Part shown: positions 52,611-64,000 of the stretch, piece by piece
Numbering within the stretch: the first letter of the stretch is position 1
How the letters are laid out: the number at the start of each line of letters is the position of its first letter
Assembly (NCBI RefSeq): GCF_006345805.1
Contig: NC_043007.1
Span: forward strand, 42,532,001 to 42,596,000
DNA: 64,000 nucleotides
Direction: 5' to 3'
From: Octopus sinensis
Lineage: Eukaryota
Notes under the pieces: model-generated
What the model was told of the DNA's origin: nothing
Databases searched by the model: none
The model's input: only the letters and a program-made list of their open reading frames with translations
Position numbers and translations under genes: made by a program

Positions 52611-53789
52611 AACAATTTTTGAAAACAAACAAAAAAATGACAAGATGTCCAAGGCTTGAATATCTTTCACCATAAGTCTGCATGATCAAGGTTGACTTCA
52701 GAATAAATCAGCACAAATATAACAATACTTAGTTTTAACCCTCCCATGTGCTAAACTCAAATACCAGCAAGGTTCATCAAACATGCTTTTCATCCCACCA
52801 CTGGTTGCTGTAACAAATACCAATAAATATTCTTAATAAATACTTTAGTTGTCTACACACACCCATCCCTTACAAATTTGCGACCGGCTTTGTGCCAATG
52901 TAAGAAATCATTAAGTAATTAGTTATTATCACTACCTACTAGAGAGAATTTTAGCTACAAAAACCTTCTGGGGTAGGATGGGGATGCTTGTTGGCAGTTT
53001 TTCTAACTCTCATCTCACATGCCACATATTCTCTCATCCCTTAGAGCTCTGCTCTCAGAGAGAGAAACTATTAATAACAGTATGACATTAATGATATTAA
53101 TTAGAATTAGTACACAATAGATAAGTAGCCAGAGTGTCGAAGGGAATTGGGTTGGTGGAGACGAGGAAGATAGTTACATGTAATGCAAACCTTCCACAAA
53201 ACAACTGTCCAAACAAAACACACAAAAAGAAAGCACAAAAACAATGTGGATGATGGTAGTGGTGATAGTAGTAGTGGGTGGTGGGGGCGGCAGTAGTGGC
53301 TGTGATGAAGATGATGTTGATGAGGAGGATGAAGGTGACTGTCATCATCATAATCCTCATCATCAAGAACAGCAGCAACAACAGCTTAATTATTATGCTC
53401 TCATGAAGTCTTTCATAATGATTAACCCTAACCCTGAGTCAGCCCTCATTCAGCAGACCTTCTGATCTAAGGTATTTCACCCATGATGCTCCTGTTATTT
53501 TGTATATCTAGGACAACATTTATTGATGTATCCTTCCGTTTTAAGGCAGTAGGGTGCAATTTGAGGAACTTGGCTGCTTTTTCTAGTTATCATGTAGAAC
53601 AGGCATTGGACAACAGCAAACGCCTTGAGAAGTGGGCTGCATGAGACATGAATCATCATCAAGCAGGTTGCACTACTAAAAGAATTCAAAGTATCTTTCT
53701 CTTAGGCATGCTATTCAGAAAATCCCATAGGCCACAGTTTGCCCATGACTGCTGTAGATGCTCCTTTGGTGTTACAATGATATTGGTGG

Positions 53790-54000
53790 TGAGAGTAATG
53801 GTGGTGAGAGCAGTGGTGGTGTTGGGAGAAGTAGTGGTGGTGGGAGAAGTAGTGGTGGTGGGACCAGTGGTGGTGGGACCAGTGGTGGTGGGACCAGTGG
53901 TGGTGGTGAGATCAGTGGTGGTGGGACCAGAGGTGGTGGTGATGGGACCAGCGGTGGTGGTGGTGGTGGTGGCAGACACAGCAGCAGCAGTGGTGGTAGT
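53790..54000. repeat. GC-rich minisatellite (15-18-bp units, agtggtggtgggacc)
   Basis: Seen directly; yields Gly/Ser-rich (+) and Thr/Pro-rich (-) ORFs. Confidence 0.85.
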
Positions 54001-55102
54001 GATGCAAGAGGTGGTCATGGCAATGGTTGCAGTGATAAAAATTATAATACTGAAGAATGGTTATGATGATAACAACAACAACGACCTGTCTTATAGGACA
54101 CAACCAGGGAAACAAAAACATCATATCCAGTAAAATGTTATCTAAAAAAACATTAAAATAACAATAAAATTGAAACAGCAAAAATGTAAAAAGAAAGGAA
54201 CTTCTAATGATAATTAAAAATTGATAAATTGATTGTTGTTTATTTTAATGTAAAGGTTTATCTTCATTTCAGTTTCATTTATTTATTTCAATACACACAT
54301 GCATGTACATGCACATACACACGTTGTTGTTGTTGTTGCTGCTGCTGCTGCTGCTACTGTTGTTATTGCTGGTTTAGTTTGTACTCATCAATGAAAATGC
54401 AACCAAAATGCTTGTTATAAATTTCTGTGGTTGAGAAAACCAACTAATTCTACACATAAAAATTCTATTAGAGAATACCAATTATTTGGAAGTCATTGCT
54501 ATTGTAAAGAGAGAAAGCCATTTTCCAATGTGATATGATGGCGGTGGTTATGGCAATGGTAGTGGGAGAGAGTCATTGTTGGTTGAGGGCAGGAAGGGTC
54601 AACTGAAAACAAAAAATCAAATCAAAACCCCGGGTAATTACATTACAACAGCAACACCCTGTAATATATATATTTAATTATTGATTGCGTTTGTACTGGT
54701 GTGTCTGCTCATAAAAAAAAAGGAAGGCTGAAGAGGTTAGTGGAATTAGAGAAAGAGGACAACATGAGTAGTAGTAGGAGATAGTAGGACAGTGAGGGGG
54801 CTGGAGACAGATTTATAGTGTACGAGAAGGGGAGAAAGACAAAAATAAATAAATTGTAAAAGGATAATATGGCTGGTAGAAATGTGAAGAGAGAAAAAAA
54901 AAACTCTTTTGATGCCAACCCGGCTGAGAATGTCTCTGGTTCTCTTATACAAAACCTCTTGTTTTCAAGAGTTCACATTCAAATTAAAGCCATTTATCAT
55001 AATTTTGATGGTACTTTTCATTGAGTTATATTCCACACATCATCTTAATAATGGCAAAGTCACTTCCAAATTCTTGAATATTGTCACATAAGGGTTAATA
55101 AG

Positions 55103-55221
55103 GCACAAGTAAAGCTGTGTGGCTAAGAAGCTTGCTTTGCAACAACAATTGGCTTTGGGTTTAGTCCCACTGCACAGCACTTTGGGCATTTAATAGAGAG
55201 AAACTATGTGAAAGTCCATCA

Positions 55222-55255
<34 letters not shown>

Positions 55256-55420
55256 TATCTGCCCCACCACTGCATGACAACTAGTGCTGGCTTGTTTATG
55301 GCCCTATAACTTAGCAGTTTGGCATAAGAGGTTGACAGAATAAGTACCAGACTAAAAAGAAGTAAGTACTGGAGTCGAGATAGTGTGCCCCAGCATGGGT
55401 GTAAGCCTAATGACTGAAAG

Positions 55421-55440
<20 letters not shown>
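55103..55440 (+). mobile_element. Family-A SINE ending in (GAAA)n/(GATA)n
   Basis: gggtttagtcccact..ttgggca, ataagtaccag, gtgccccagcatgg..tgactgaaag. Confidence 0.75.
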
Positions 55441-55459
<19 letters not shown>

Positions 55460-55870
55460 TAAGATAGACAGATAGACTAAGACAGACAGTCAGAGAGACA
55501 GATATCAAATTAAATACACAACCAATAGTTTCATGCTATTATGATATATAATATATTTATAAAATATGCCATGTATTTTAAAGCAATCTTTCAGGCTCTG
55601 TTTTTGCATTATATATAATTTTTAAAAACAAAAACACTGGACAATAAGGAAATGAGAAAAATATGTGGAAAAACAGTGAAAAAGGCTGGTGTAAAAAATA
55701 AAATGAGAAAAAAAGAAACGAAATCAAAAACTATGATCCTCGTCCTCTTTGACTGGAGAAAGCTCATTAAATATAACTGGTTTAAAACAAAATAACAGAA
55801 AATATGCCAAAGTCTGTGAGACAGCAACTCAATCAGGAGCGGGTGGTGCCCTCCAATTCGATAACTTGTC

Positions 55871-55901
<31 letters not shown>

Positions 55902-57499
55902 GTATATGTGTATGTATATGTGTATGTATGTATACACACACACAAACAGATAAGAGAAGTGATGTAACACACATTTATTCCATATATTTACAACTGTTAA
56001 ATAATGGATGATATATCAATATTAACACAAACAAAATATGCATATATACACATATATAGATAAATATATATGTGTGTGTAAACCCATACATAGAAAGGCA
56101 TATGCATATTTTATATGTGTGTTAATATCAATGTAACATCTATTATATATAACCTGATTATGAAACAGCTGTAAACATATGAAAAACATTTACCTTCTCA
56201 CATCACTTCTCTTGAATGCTCTATCTATATACATTCTCTCCACCATTGTACATCCTGGATTTTTAGAATGATGCTATGGTTACCCTAACTTCTGCCATGG
56301 CGATTCTTGTCAGTTATGCAGTTGGCAAAGAGCTTAATGTGAGATCTGTTTGATTCATTGAATCCCTATTACTACATTTATACAAGAGAGAGAGAGAGGG
56401 ATTGGAAACACATATGAACAAATAAGACAGCCTCTATGTGATTGTTGCAATATCAGCTAAAAAAATGCAATCAAATTCTTTTACAAACTACACCTTTGCC
56501 TTAAAAAGGGAATGGCACATTAGATGATATAGTTTTAGATATACAAAAAGTCGAGATATCTATGGTTTGGGTGTCCTTTGACTGTAGGACTGCTTAAGTA
56601 GCTGACTTAAAGCAAAACAATAACACACAGACCTATATTGTGCAAACATATCTTTTACACTCAAACATATTTCACTCACACATCATTTTCATATACACAA
56701 CATATACTGCTTTATAGTATACACTTTTGTTATATATAGCTCAATACATATATACATATATATTGTTGTCTATCTCACTTGCACACATACAATTTCTCTC
56801 TCTTTTCCTCTCTCTCTCCCTTATCACTGTCTTGCTCAAATCACTCTGGTTTTCTTTTATAACTCTCTTTTCTATCATCCTCTTAGTTTGGTTCTCTCTC
56901 ATCATGCCTGGTTCTCTCACAATCAGGCATGCTTCTATCACTTTTAATATTGCTACTATTCAATCTCCTTAACAAGAACTATCATATAGCTGTGTATTAT
57001 TCTCTCTCTCTCTCTTCCCCACTACTTTTTCTTCTATTATCCATCCACTTCAATCACTCTGTTTCTCTCTTCCCATGAAGTTCTGTGGGTGAAAATAAAT
57101 GGAGACAAAGCAGGAAAGGGGGTACTCTCTATAGTCTTGCCAGGAGGGAAGATAACTTCTCTGTTGCTAGGGAATGATCATATGGTGACTATGTAAGGTA
57201 GAGGACTCATTAGTTTTGCTGGAGACAAGACAACTTCACTAGTGCTGGTTCCCTGATAAAATAATCTCATTACAATTGGTCAAGTGATTAACAATATGAA
57301 GGTCATCCAGCCATAGGAACTACGTAAAGAAATGTTACTGAGAGATGATCTCACATCTATCTAGGAGAATAGTAACTTTTAATAAGGCTGACTTGGACTA
57401 TAAAAACTGATCCAGCCCATGGAAGCCTGGTAAAGCAGATGCAAAATAATGATAATGTCATGCACCAAAACTATATATGATGTTGATATTGTCTCATTA

Positions 57500-58790
57500 T
57501 CATTGTCATCGTTGTTTAACATCTGCTTTCCATGCTGGCATGGGTTGGACGCTTTAACTAATAACTGGTAAGCTAGGAGGCTGCACCATGCCCCAATCTA
57601 ATTTAGCAAAGTTTCTACAGCTGGATGCCCTTCCTAATGCCAACCATTCCAAGAGTGTAGTGGGTGCTTTTTATGTGCCACCAGCACGGGTGCCAGTCAG
57701 GCAGCACTGGCATCAGCCACACTTGAATGGGGCTTTTTACATGTCACCAGCACAGATACCAGTCAAGCAGTACTGGCATTGGCCATGCTTGAATAGTGCT
57801 TTTTACATGCCACAGGTACAGGTGCCAGTCAGGTGGCGCTGGCATTAGCCATGCCCAAATAGAGCGATTTACATGCCACCAGCATGGATGCCAGTCAGGT
57901 GGCACTGGTATCGGCCATGCTCAAATAGTGCACTTTACATTCCACAAGCATTGGCGCCAGTCAGGCAGCACTGGCACTGGCCATGCTCAAATAGTATGTT
58001 TTATGTGCCACCAGCACAGGTGACAGTCAGGCTGCACTGGCATCAGCCACACTTGACTGGTGCATTTTATGTGCCACAGGAATGGGTGCCAGTCATGTGG
58101 CACTGGTATCGACCATGCTCGAATGGTACTTTTTACATGACATCAGCATTGGCATCATTTTTACTTGGTTCAACAGGTCTTCACAAGCACAGCATATTGC
58201 CTGATGACTGAAGGGTCCTTTTAAACAGGCCAGTTATGCAACACTGACATCGGCCATGACTATGATCTCACTAGGCTTGTTGAGTCTTCTCAAGCATGGC
58301 ATATTTCCAACAGTCTTGGTCACTTGTCATTGCCTCTGTGAGGCCCAACATTCAAAGGTTGTGCTTCACACCTCATCCCATGTCTTCCTGGATCTACCTC
58401 TTCCACAGGTTCCCTCCATTGTTAGGGTGTGACACTTCTTCACACAGCTGTCCTCATCCATATGCATCACATGACCATACGAGTGCAGTCGTGTCTCTTG
58501 CATACCACATTTGATGCTTCTTATGTCCAACTTTTCTCTCGGGACACTTACACTATCATGCATGCACACTGACATTACACATCCAACGAAGCATACTAGC
58601 TTCATTTCTTTCCAGTCTATGCATGTCCTAAGCAGTCACAGCCCATGTTTCACTGCCGTATAGCATGGCTGTTCACACACAGGCATTATACAGTCTACCT
58701 TTCACTCTGAGTGGGAAGCCCTTTGTTACCAGCTCTCTGAACTTTGCCCAGCCTATTCTTATTCTAGCAGCTGTCTAAATAAATTAACAC
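57500..58790 (-). mobile_element. RTE LINE 3' fragment: ORF2 C-terminus plus a 3' UTR with about eight tandem ~60-bp repeats (57660-58150)
   Basis: ORF 58366-58605 RLHSYGHVMHMDEDSCVKKC..GRGRSRKTWDEV is a typical RTE C-terminus; tail gtttaacatctgctttccatgctggcatgggttgga. Confidence 0.88.
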
Positions 58791-59199
58791 TGGAAAATAA
58801 ATAAATATTTTGAAGATAATAGAACATTTGCAATGGGAATTTAATAGAGCAAACCAAAAGAATATATAGGAACTCCCATATGAGCACCAGACAGTAAGAG
58901 TTAAATCTTTTTTTTTTCTAGGATTCAATATATTTCCAGTAAAGTAAACACAAAATCAAGTCTCAGGGACCAGGATCATGGTACGTTAAGCTTAATAACT
59001 CAATATTTTTCCCTTTCTGTGCCAAATAAAATAATTAAGCAGACATTTGGCAAATTTCCTGCTATAAATCTGCAAATAGAGAAATTTTTTTTACTTTCAG
59101 AGAGAGACAAATGGGGAGAAGAAAAAATAGATTGAAAGTTCACTAGATTGAAATGGATTGAACTTTCACTAGATTGAAAGTTCACTAAAATACAGTTAC

Positions 59200-59366
59200 C
59201 TTGTTCCGGCTTTCTTTTGTGTGCCTGCAGTTTTCTTCATCGTAACATCCTGAAGAATAACATCCTGAAGCAGAGCATTCTCTAGTAATTTACAGGAAAC
59301 TGAGATTGGTGCCACTTTAGGGAAAGTATTATTCATAACTGAGACTATAGTTTGAGAAATATTTAC
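59200..59366 (-). CDS. AFTPH: Aftiphilin internal coding exon (167 nt, phase 0 to 2): VNISQTIVSVMNNTFPKV...KKAGT
   Basis: Acceptor ctctttctatctccacag, donor AG|gtaact, no stop in frame, phase fits the next exon at 50061. MNNTFP aligns loosely with the recalled vertebrate aftiphilin LEACFP segment. Less conserved than the other exons. Confidence 0.75.
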
Positions 59367-60194
59367 CTGTGGAGATAGAAAGAGTATGAAAGAAATTAAA
59401 AATTTGTAGCATGTCTCAATGATTGTTGTAGAAATATAAACTAAGACTAATGAAAGCCATCAGAAAGCTGAAGAAAGGAGAATAAATTTAATATACATGA
59501 TATTTCAGATTTTATTACATATACATACAGAGAATATATACATTTTGTACAAAATATATACATTCATACACATGTACACAGATCTACACACACACACATA
59601 TGTACATGTACACACATATACAGATGTATATACATATATATATATTGGTCCAATGACTATTCAACAACATTCCATATTTAGTTTCAACTTGTTGTTTATC
59701 CCTGACCAAAGTCTTTCCAGAAGTGACCACCTCATCATCTTTTATATCAAGGACAACATGATTCAATGTATCATTCCTATTTTTTTAAAACAGTAAGTAT
59801 GATTTAACTGAAAGAAATTTAGCTATTTTTAGCATGCTGAGAGGTTACAACCACCACAAGGTCTAGACCTTTGCAGAGTGGTGGCTTGTGTAATACAGAG
59901 CTATGCCAACAGAGTGCAAGTTCCTGGTAGTGCCTCTCATGCTAGATAGGTCAAAGGCAGAGGTCAGACTCTATTATGGCCCACTTTTCCTAAAGGTTAA
60001 AATGGGTTTGCATAGAGCTAACACCTCTATCTTGAAAACAAGCAAAGTAAAAAAAAAAAATCATTGACAATTCAAAACAACAAGACCTAGGAGAGGAAGG
60101 CCATCCCTCGGGAATATATATGAGGCATGATACTGAGATAGACCTGAAAAAGCAGGGATCCAGTAGGCATAAAGGAGGGAAAAACACAGGCCAG

Positions 60195-60570
60195 TGTTAA
60201 GAATAGTGATTTGGGTCTCAGTCACACTGTGTGGCACCTTGGGCAAGTATCTTCTACTATAACCTTGGGCCAACCAAAGCCTTGTGAGTGAATTTGGTAG
60301 ATGGAAACTGAAAGAAGCTCATCGTGTGTGTGTGTACACATGTCCATGTGTCTTAGTGTGTTCCTCCACCCTCACCACTTGACAACTGGTGCTGGTGTGG
60401 TTAAGTCCCCATAACTTAGAAGTTCAGCAAAACAAATTGATAGAATAAGTACCAAGCTTTAAAGAAAAAAAAAAAAGTACTGGGATTGATATGTTCAACT
60501 AAAAATTCTTCAAGACAGTGCCCCAGCATGGCCACAGTCTAATGATTGAAACAAGTAAAAGAAGAAGATA
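60195..60570 (+). mobile_element. Family-A CORE-like SINE
   Basis: ggcaccttgggcaagtatcttctactata..gtgagtgaatttggtagatggaaactgaaagaagc..gtgccccagcatggccacagtc. Confidence 0.85.
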
Positions 60571-61282
60571 AATTGTTGATGGTTTATGCTCAATAAGGAG
60601 CAAAGGACTTAAGTGAAGTAAGACTCCCTAGTTGTCTTGATATTTGATTAGATATGCTAACAAGACAGAGATAACTGTAAATATGACTGATGGTAAATAC
60701 CTCTAAGCTAAACTATGGCAATAGTTCTGCTCAATCAATTTTAACTCAGTAGTTTAATGTTTAATGTAATTGTTGTTTAGCCCCAGATCACCCCAAATCT
60801 ATGAGATCTATAATCAAAAGCCTTCATCAATGATCTCCCAACCTGTTTAAGGTACAATGTATCCAAGATTACAATACCCTCGATACACGTCATCTTTCGT
60901 TTCCTACAAGAAAATATATGAGGACCAAATTAAATACTATTTCTAGCAGGTCAAGCAACTAAGTAAATTTGTCTTTCTTGGCTAGCACTAAGTGAAGGAC
61001 AAATTATCTTGCAGAGATAAAAGAGCAGAAACAAATTATAGTGAGTGATCTGAGGAGAAAGAATAACAAGACCTCTGCAGTACTGTCAGTAACGTGGTCA
61101 CCTGCCAATATATGTGGTCTGAATCTCATCAGTTGACCTATTTCTCTGTTACTGTGTCAAACTGCTTCTTAAAATGTCTAAAATCATTAATATTAACATC
61201 CCAGCAGTTCATCTATAATTGGATATGAAAAAATTTGTTTACATGAACTTTTAAATGTTTTATCTGAATGTATTTTTGCCTT

Positions 61283-61320
<38 letters not shown>

Positions 61321-61929
61321 GTAGTTGTTGTTATTTTGGCTTTGTTTTTGCAAATGTGGATATTTCAGTATTGATTAAGCAATTGATTTTATCTTAAGTA
61401 TTGGACACTGAACTGATAGCAGCTTGCTAGTGGGCAGCTTTGTACTCAAATTGTACCAATACTGTTCATCTATAATAGATTAGTGCTGTAGGCAAGGAGA
61501 AAGAAGTGTTTCCAATCCTGCTTAATGCAGCAGAAACTGGGAATAATCCCCAGATTTATGAGGTAAGTCAAAAAATCCACCAAAAGATGTGTCCCAATGA
61601 TTGCAATACTTAGCCTACTATCAAGGGATCATGCACACACACACACACACAACGCCAGCTAAGAAAATTTCCATCCACTGAACATGCAAATCCATAACCA
61701 CTAACACTCAACAACCAATGTAGGAATTATTCCATCTTCACAGACGATTGCCATTTCTCTGAGCTTCCTTATTGTCAATGCCATTTCTAATCTACCATCA
61801 ATAACCTCTCAGATGACTGTTCACCCGCAATGCAGATCTGCATGGCTTGATACGTAAGTAACAGATAAAATTTGAAACTTCAACTGGATAGATTGGATCA
61901 CTTTGTGAGAAATGATCACTGTGAACTGC

Positions 61930-62400
61930 AATATGTCTCTTCAGACTTGAAATTAACTTGCAAGCTTTTTCACATGTCAAATAACCCAGTTTAGAAGGGA
62001 GGACATTGCATACTGTTTATCTGTCATGGAACCTCAGATGGCTGACACGCCCAGAATTGGAAAGAGTACACACATATCCAGTACTTCATGTCCTCATTGA
62101 GATTCTGAAGATAGCCTCTTATAATAGTGTTTCTGATGATAGTGTTTCAGACTTTCATGCTCAAGGTGACCCTCTTCAAAAGTTTTACAGCCTTCCCTTA
62201 CATGATTCCTTCACTAAGTTCTTTCTAAAAGCCAGTTCTTCCCAGTTATTTACATTGATTTTGCAGTTCCTTCACGTTGCCTTTTATGCAGTTTTTGTAA
62301 TTTTATGTAGTTTGTGCTGAGAATGCTTTCTAGTGCACAACCCACTGCCGGACAACTGCTATGGAATCCTATTATTTTCCATATGCAACATGAATCTGAG
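61930..62400 (-). mobile_element. Decayed RTE (BovB/Expander-like) ORF2 C-terminus with a terminal Cys/His knuckle
   Basis: Frameshifted ..NNWEELAF.. and CEKACKLISSLKRHIAVH (ORF 61798-61980). Confidence 0.5.
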
Positions 62401-62769
62401 TAAATATGATGAGTGATTGGATGTTTGTGCATCCAGCCTTTTTAAGGACTTCTGAGTCAGCTGTTTTACTTTGCCATTTACATACATACATACATACATA
62501 TATTCATATAAATGCTCATTTGTGCATCTGTATATATTTGTTTGCATTTACACTCTAGAAAAGGTTCTCACTATAACCAATGTTGTTTGTAGTTGTCCTG
62601 TCAACAAATCATCCACTCATGTCACCTTTTCAAAGACATGTGGAACAAGAGCTCTCTTACATGAAAAGCAAGTGAGGATTAGTGACAGGAAAGGTATTCT
62701 ATTGTAAAACAATGTCTTAATATGTTCATCCCCATGCTAGCAAGCATAAAGCAAAACAAAAACATGTAT

Positions 62770-63000
62770 CGTCATCATCATCATCATTTCATTGTCCATG
62801 TTTCAATACTTGCATGGATTGGATGGAATTTGCTGAAGTGGAGTTTTCTACAGCTGGATGCCCTTCCTGTCACCAATCCTCACCTGTTTCCAAGTCAGAT
62901 AATATTTTCCCATGACCAGATATGTTTTCACAGGAGGTTGGAAACAAAGGACATCACTTGTATGATGGTGACACTCATTTCCAACTTTCATGTGAAGTTA
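62770..63000 (-). mobile_element. RTE 3'-tail-derived element
   Basis: (cat)n, then ctggatgcccttcctgtcaccaa, shared with the other RTE tails. Confidence 0.7.
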
Positions 63001-63240
63001 AACCAAGGAGACAGTAACACACACACACGTGCACACATAATACACACAAGCTCACATATATGATAAGAAAATATTGTTATTAGTTTAGGAAAGAAAGGTA
63101 TATATTTTTATTGTGCGAGAAAGAAATAACCAAGTGAGTTAGTGTGGTTCATGTTTTGACTGAAAATGTACATAATGTATGTGTATATATTGAATAAATA
63201 TCTATATAACTACATGCCCTATGTATATGTGTATACACAC

Positions 63241-63244
<4 letters not shown>

Positions 63245-63315
<71 letters not shown>

Positions 63316-63430
63316 GCACTACATGGTTTTGCCACTGTGTAGCAGCTTGGGCAAGTGTTCTACTATAGCCCTAGACTGACCACAGCCTTGTGTGTGTATT
63401 TGGTGGACATAAACTGAAAGAAGCTTGTTT
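63245..63430 (+). repeat. (TA)n tract followed by a truncated family-A SINE
   Basis: Seen directly; ttgggcaagtg..ctactatagcc..aaactgaaagaagc. Confidence 0.8.
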
Positions 63431-64000
63431 TATATAAATATATATATAAGTTATACCCTCCTTTCCTAAACTAATAACAATATTTTTTTCTTTAATCATG
63501 AAAATGACACAAGAAAACAGAAAATTACATTCTACAGATATTCTTCTTTCAAACAATTATTCCATTGTACATCAATATTGTCCAAAGTGTTTCACCTGCA
63601 CCCCACAGACCAATTTTTAATCACAGTGAAAGTTGAACAGTAAACAGAATAGCCATGAATTAAACTCTTGATCATATTTAATCGAGCATGGTTTTTGCCC
63701 TTCTTCACAATATTTATCTCATACAGACTGCTACTTAACCTTTACATCTGTTCTATTTTCTCTCAGCTCACAGCACCTCACAAATGTCCCATTTATATAT
63801 TTATTTGACCTGCATAACTACATCTAATTTACAACTGAAATAAAGTAGTTTCCAGTGGCTAATTAAACAAGATATTAAGTTATTAAGTCAAGGATTTTTA
63901 TGTTATTAGTAACAGAGTGCTATATGTACTGACTTGGGTATAGGTAAGACCAAATGGTTAAGAAGTTTGCTTCACATCCATTATCACAGGTTCAATCTCA

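Noticed and set aside
53686-54049. Thr/Pro-rich mucin-like ORF on the AFTPH sense strand with an in-phase acceptor
   Set aside because: It is a simple minisatellite; no credible phase-2 donor before the stop codon.
56150-56180. gaaacagctgtaa motif preceded by ctgatta
   Set aside because: No stem II and a broken core; too short to call.
61798-61980. C2H2 zinc-finger gene fragment (CEKACKLISSLKRHIAVH)
   Set aside because: It sits at the end of a decayed RTE ORF2, where such a Cys/His knuckle is expected; no splice support.

Overview
AT-rich, repeat-dense animal genomic DNA. The SINE/LINE repertoire and (TA)n load suggest an octopus or other coleoid cephalopod (inference from recalled repeat families, not from a search). 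The whole window lies inside one minus-strand gene, aftiphilin (AFTPH). Five coding exons with canonical splice sites and matching phases (59200-59366, 49926-50061, 48840-49016, 14721-14784, 449-529) join into a 625-nt open frame containing the conserved IDSRKI / VPIFAANLGLLEP / PPVQFDWTGSGLTNPL motifs; both ends of the gene lie outside the window. The introns hold RTE and CR1/L2-type LINEs, two tRNA-derived SINE families, Tc1/mariner elements (one with DD36E spacing), hAT and piggyBac-like MITEs, a non-autonomous Helitron and long microsatellites. The most striking feature is a young (about 99% identical) array of a ~492-bp unit at 23181-25167, set between (TA)n tracts. Each unit carries an intact type I hammerhead ribozyme: three in tandem on + and one on - after a fold-back inversion. 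This is the architecture of a retrozyme (circRNA-producing non-autonomous retroelement). The same 34-kb intron carries several further, sequence-unrelated hammerhead-bearing inverted repeats, one with two intact minimal hammerheads (47879-48098). Almost all ORFs in the supplied track are microsatellite or transposon artefacts.
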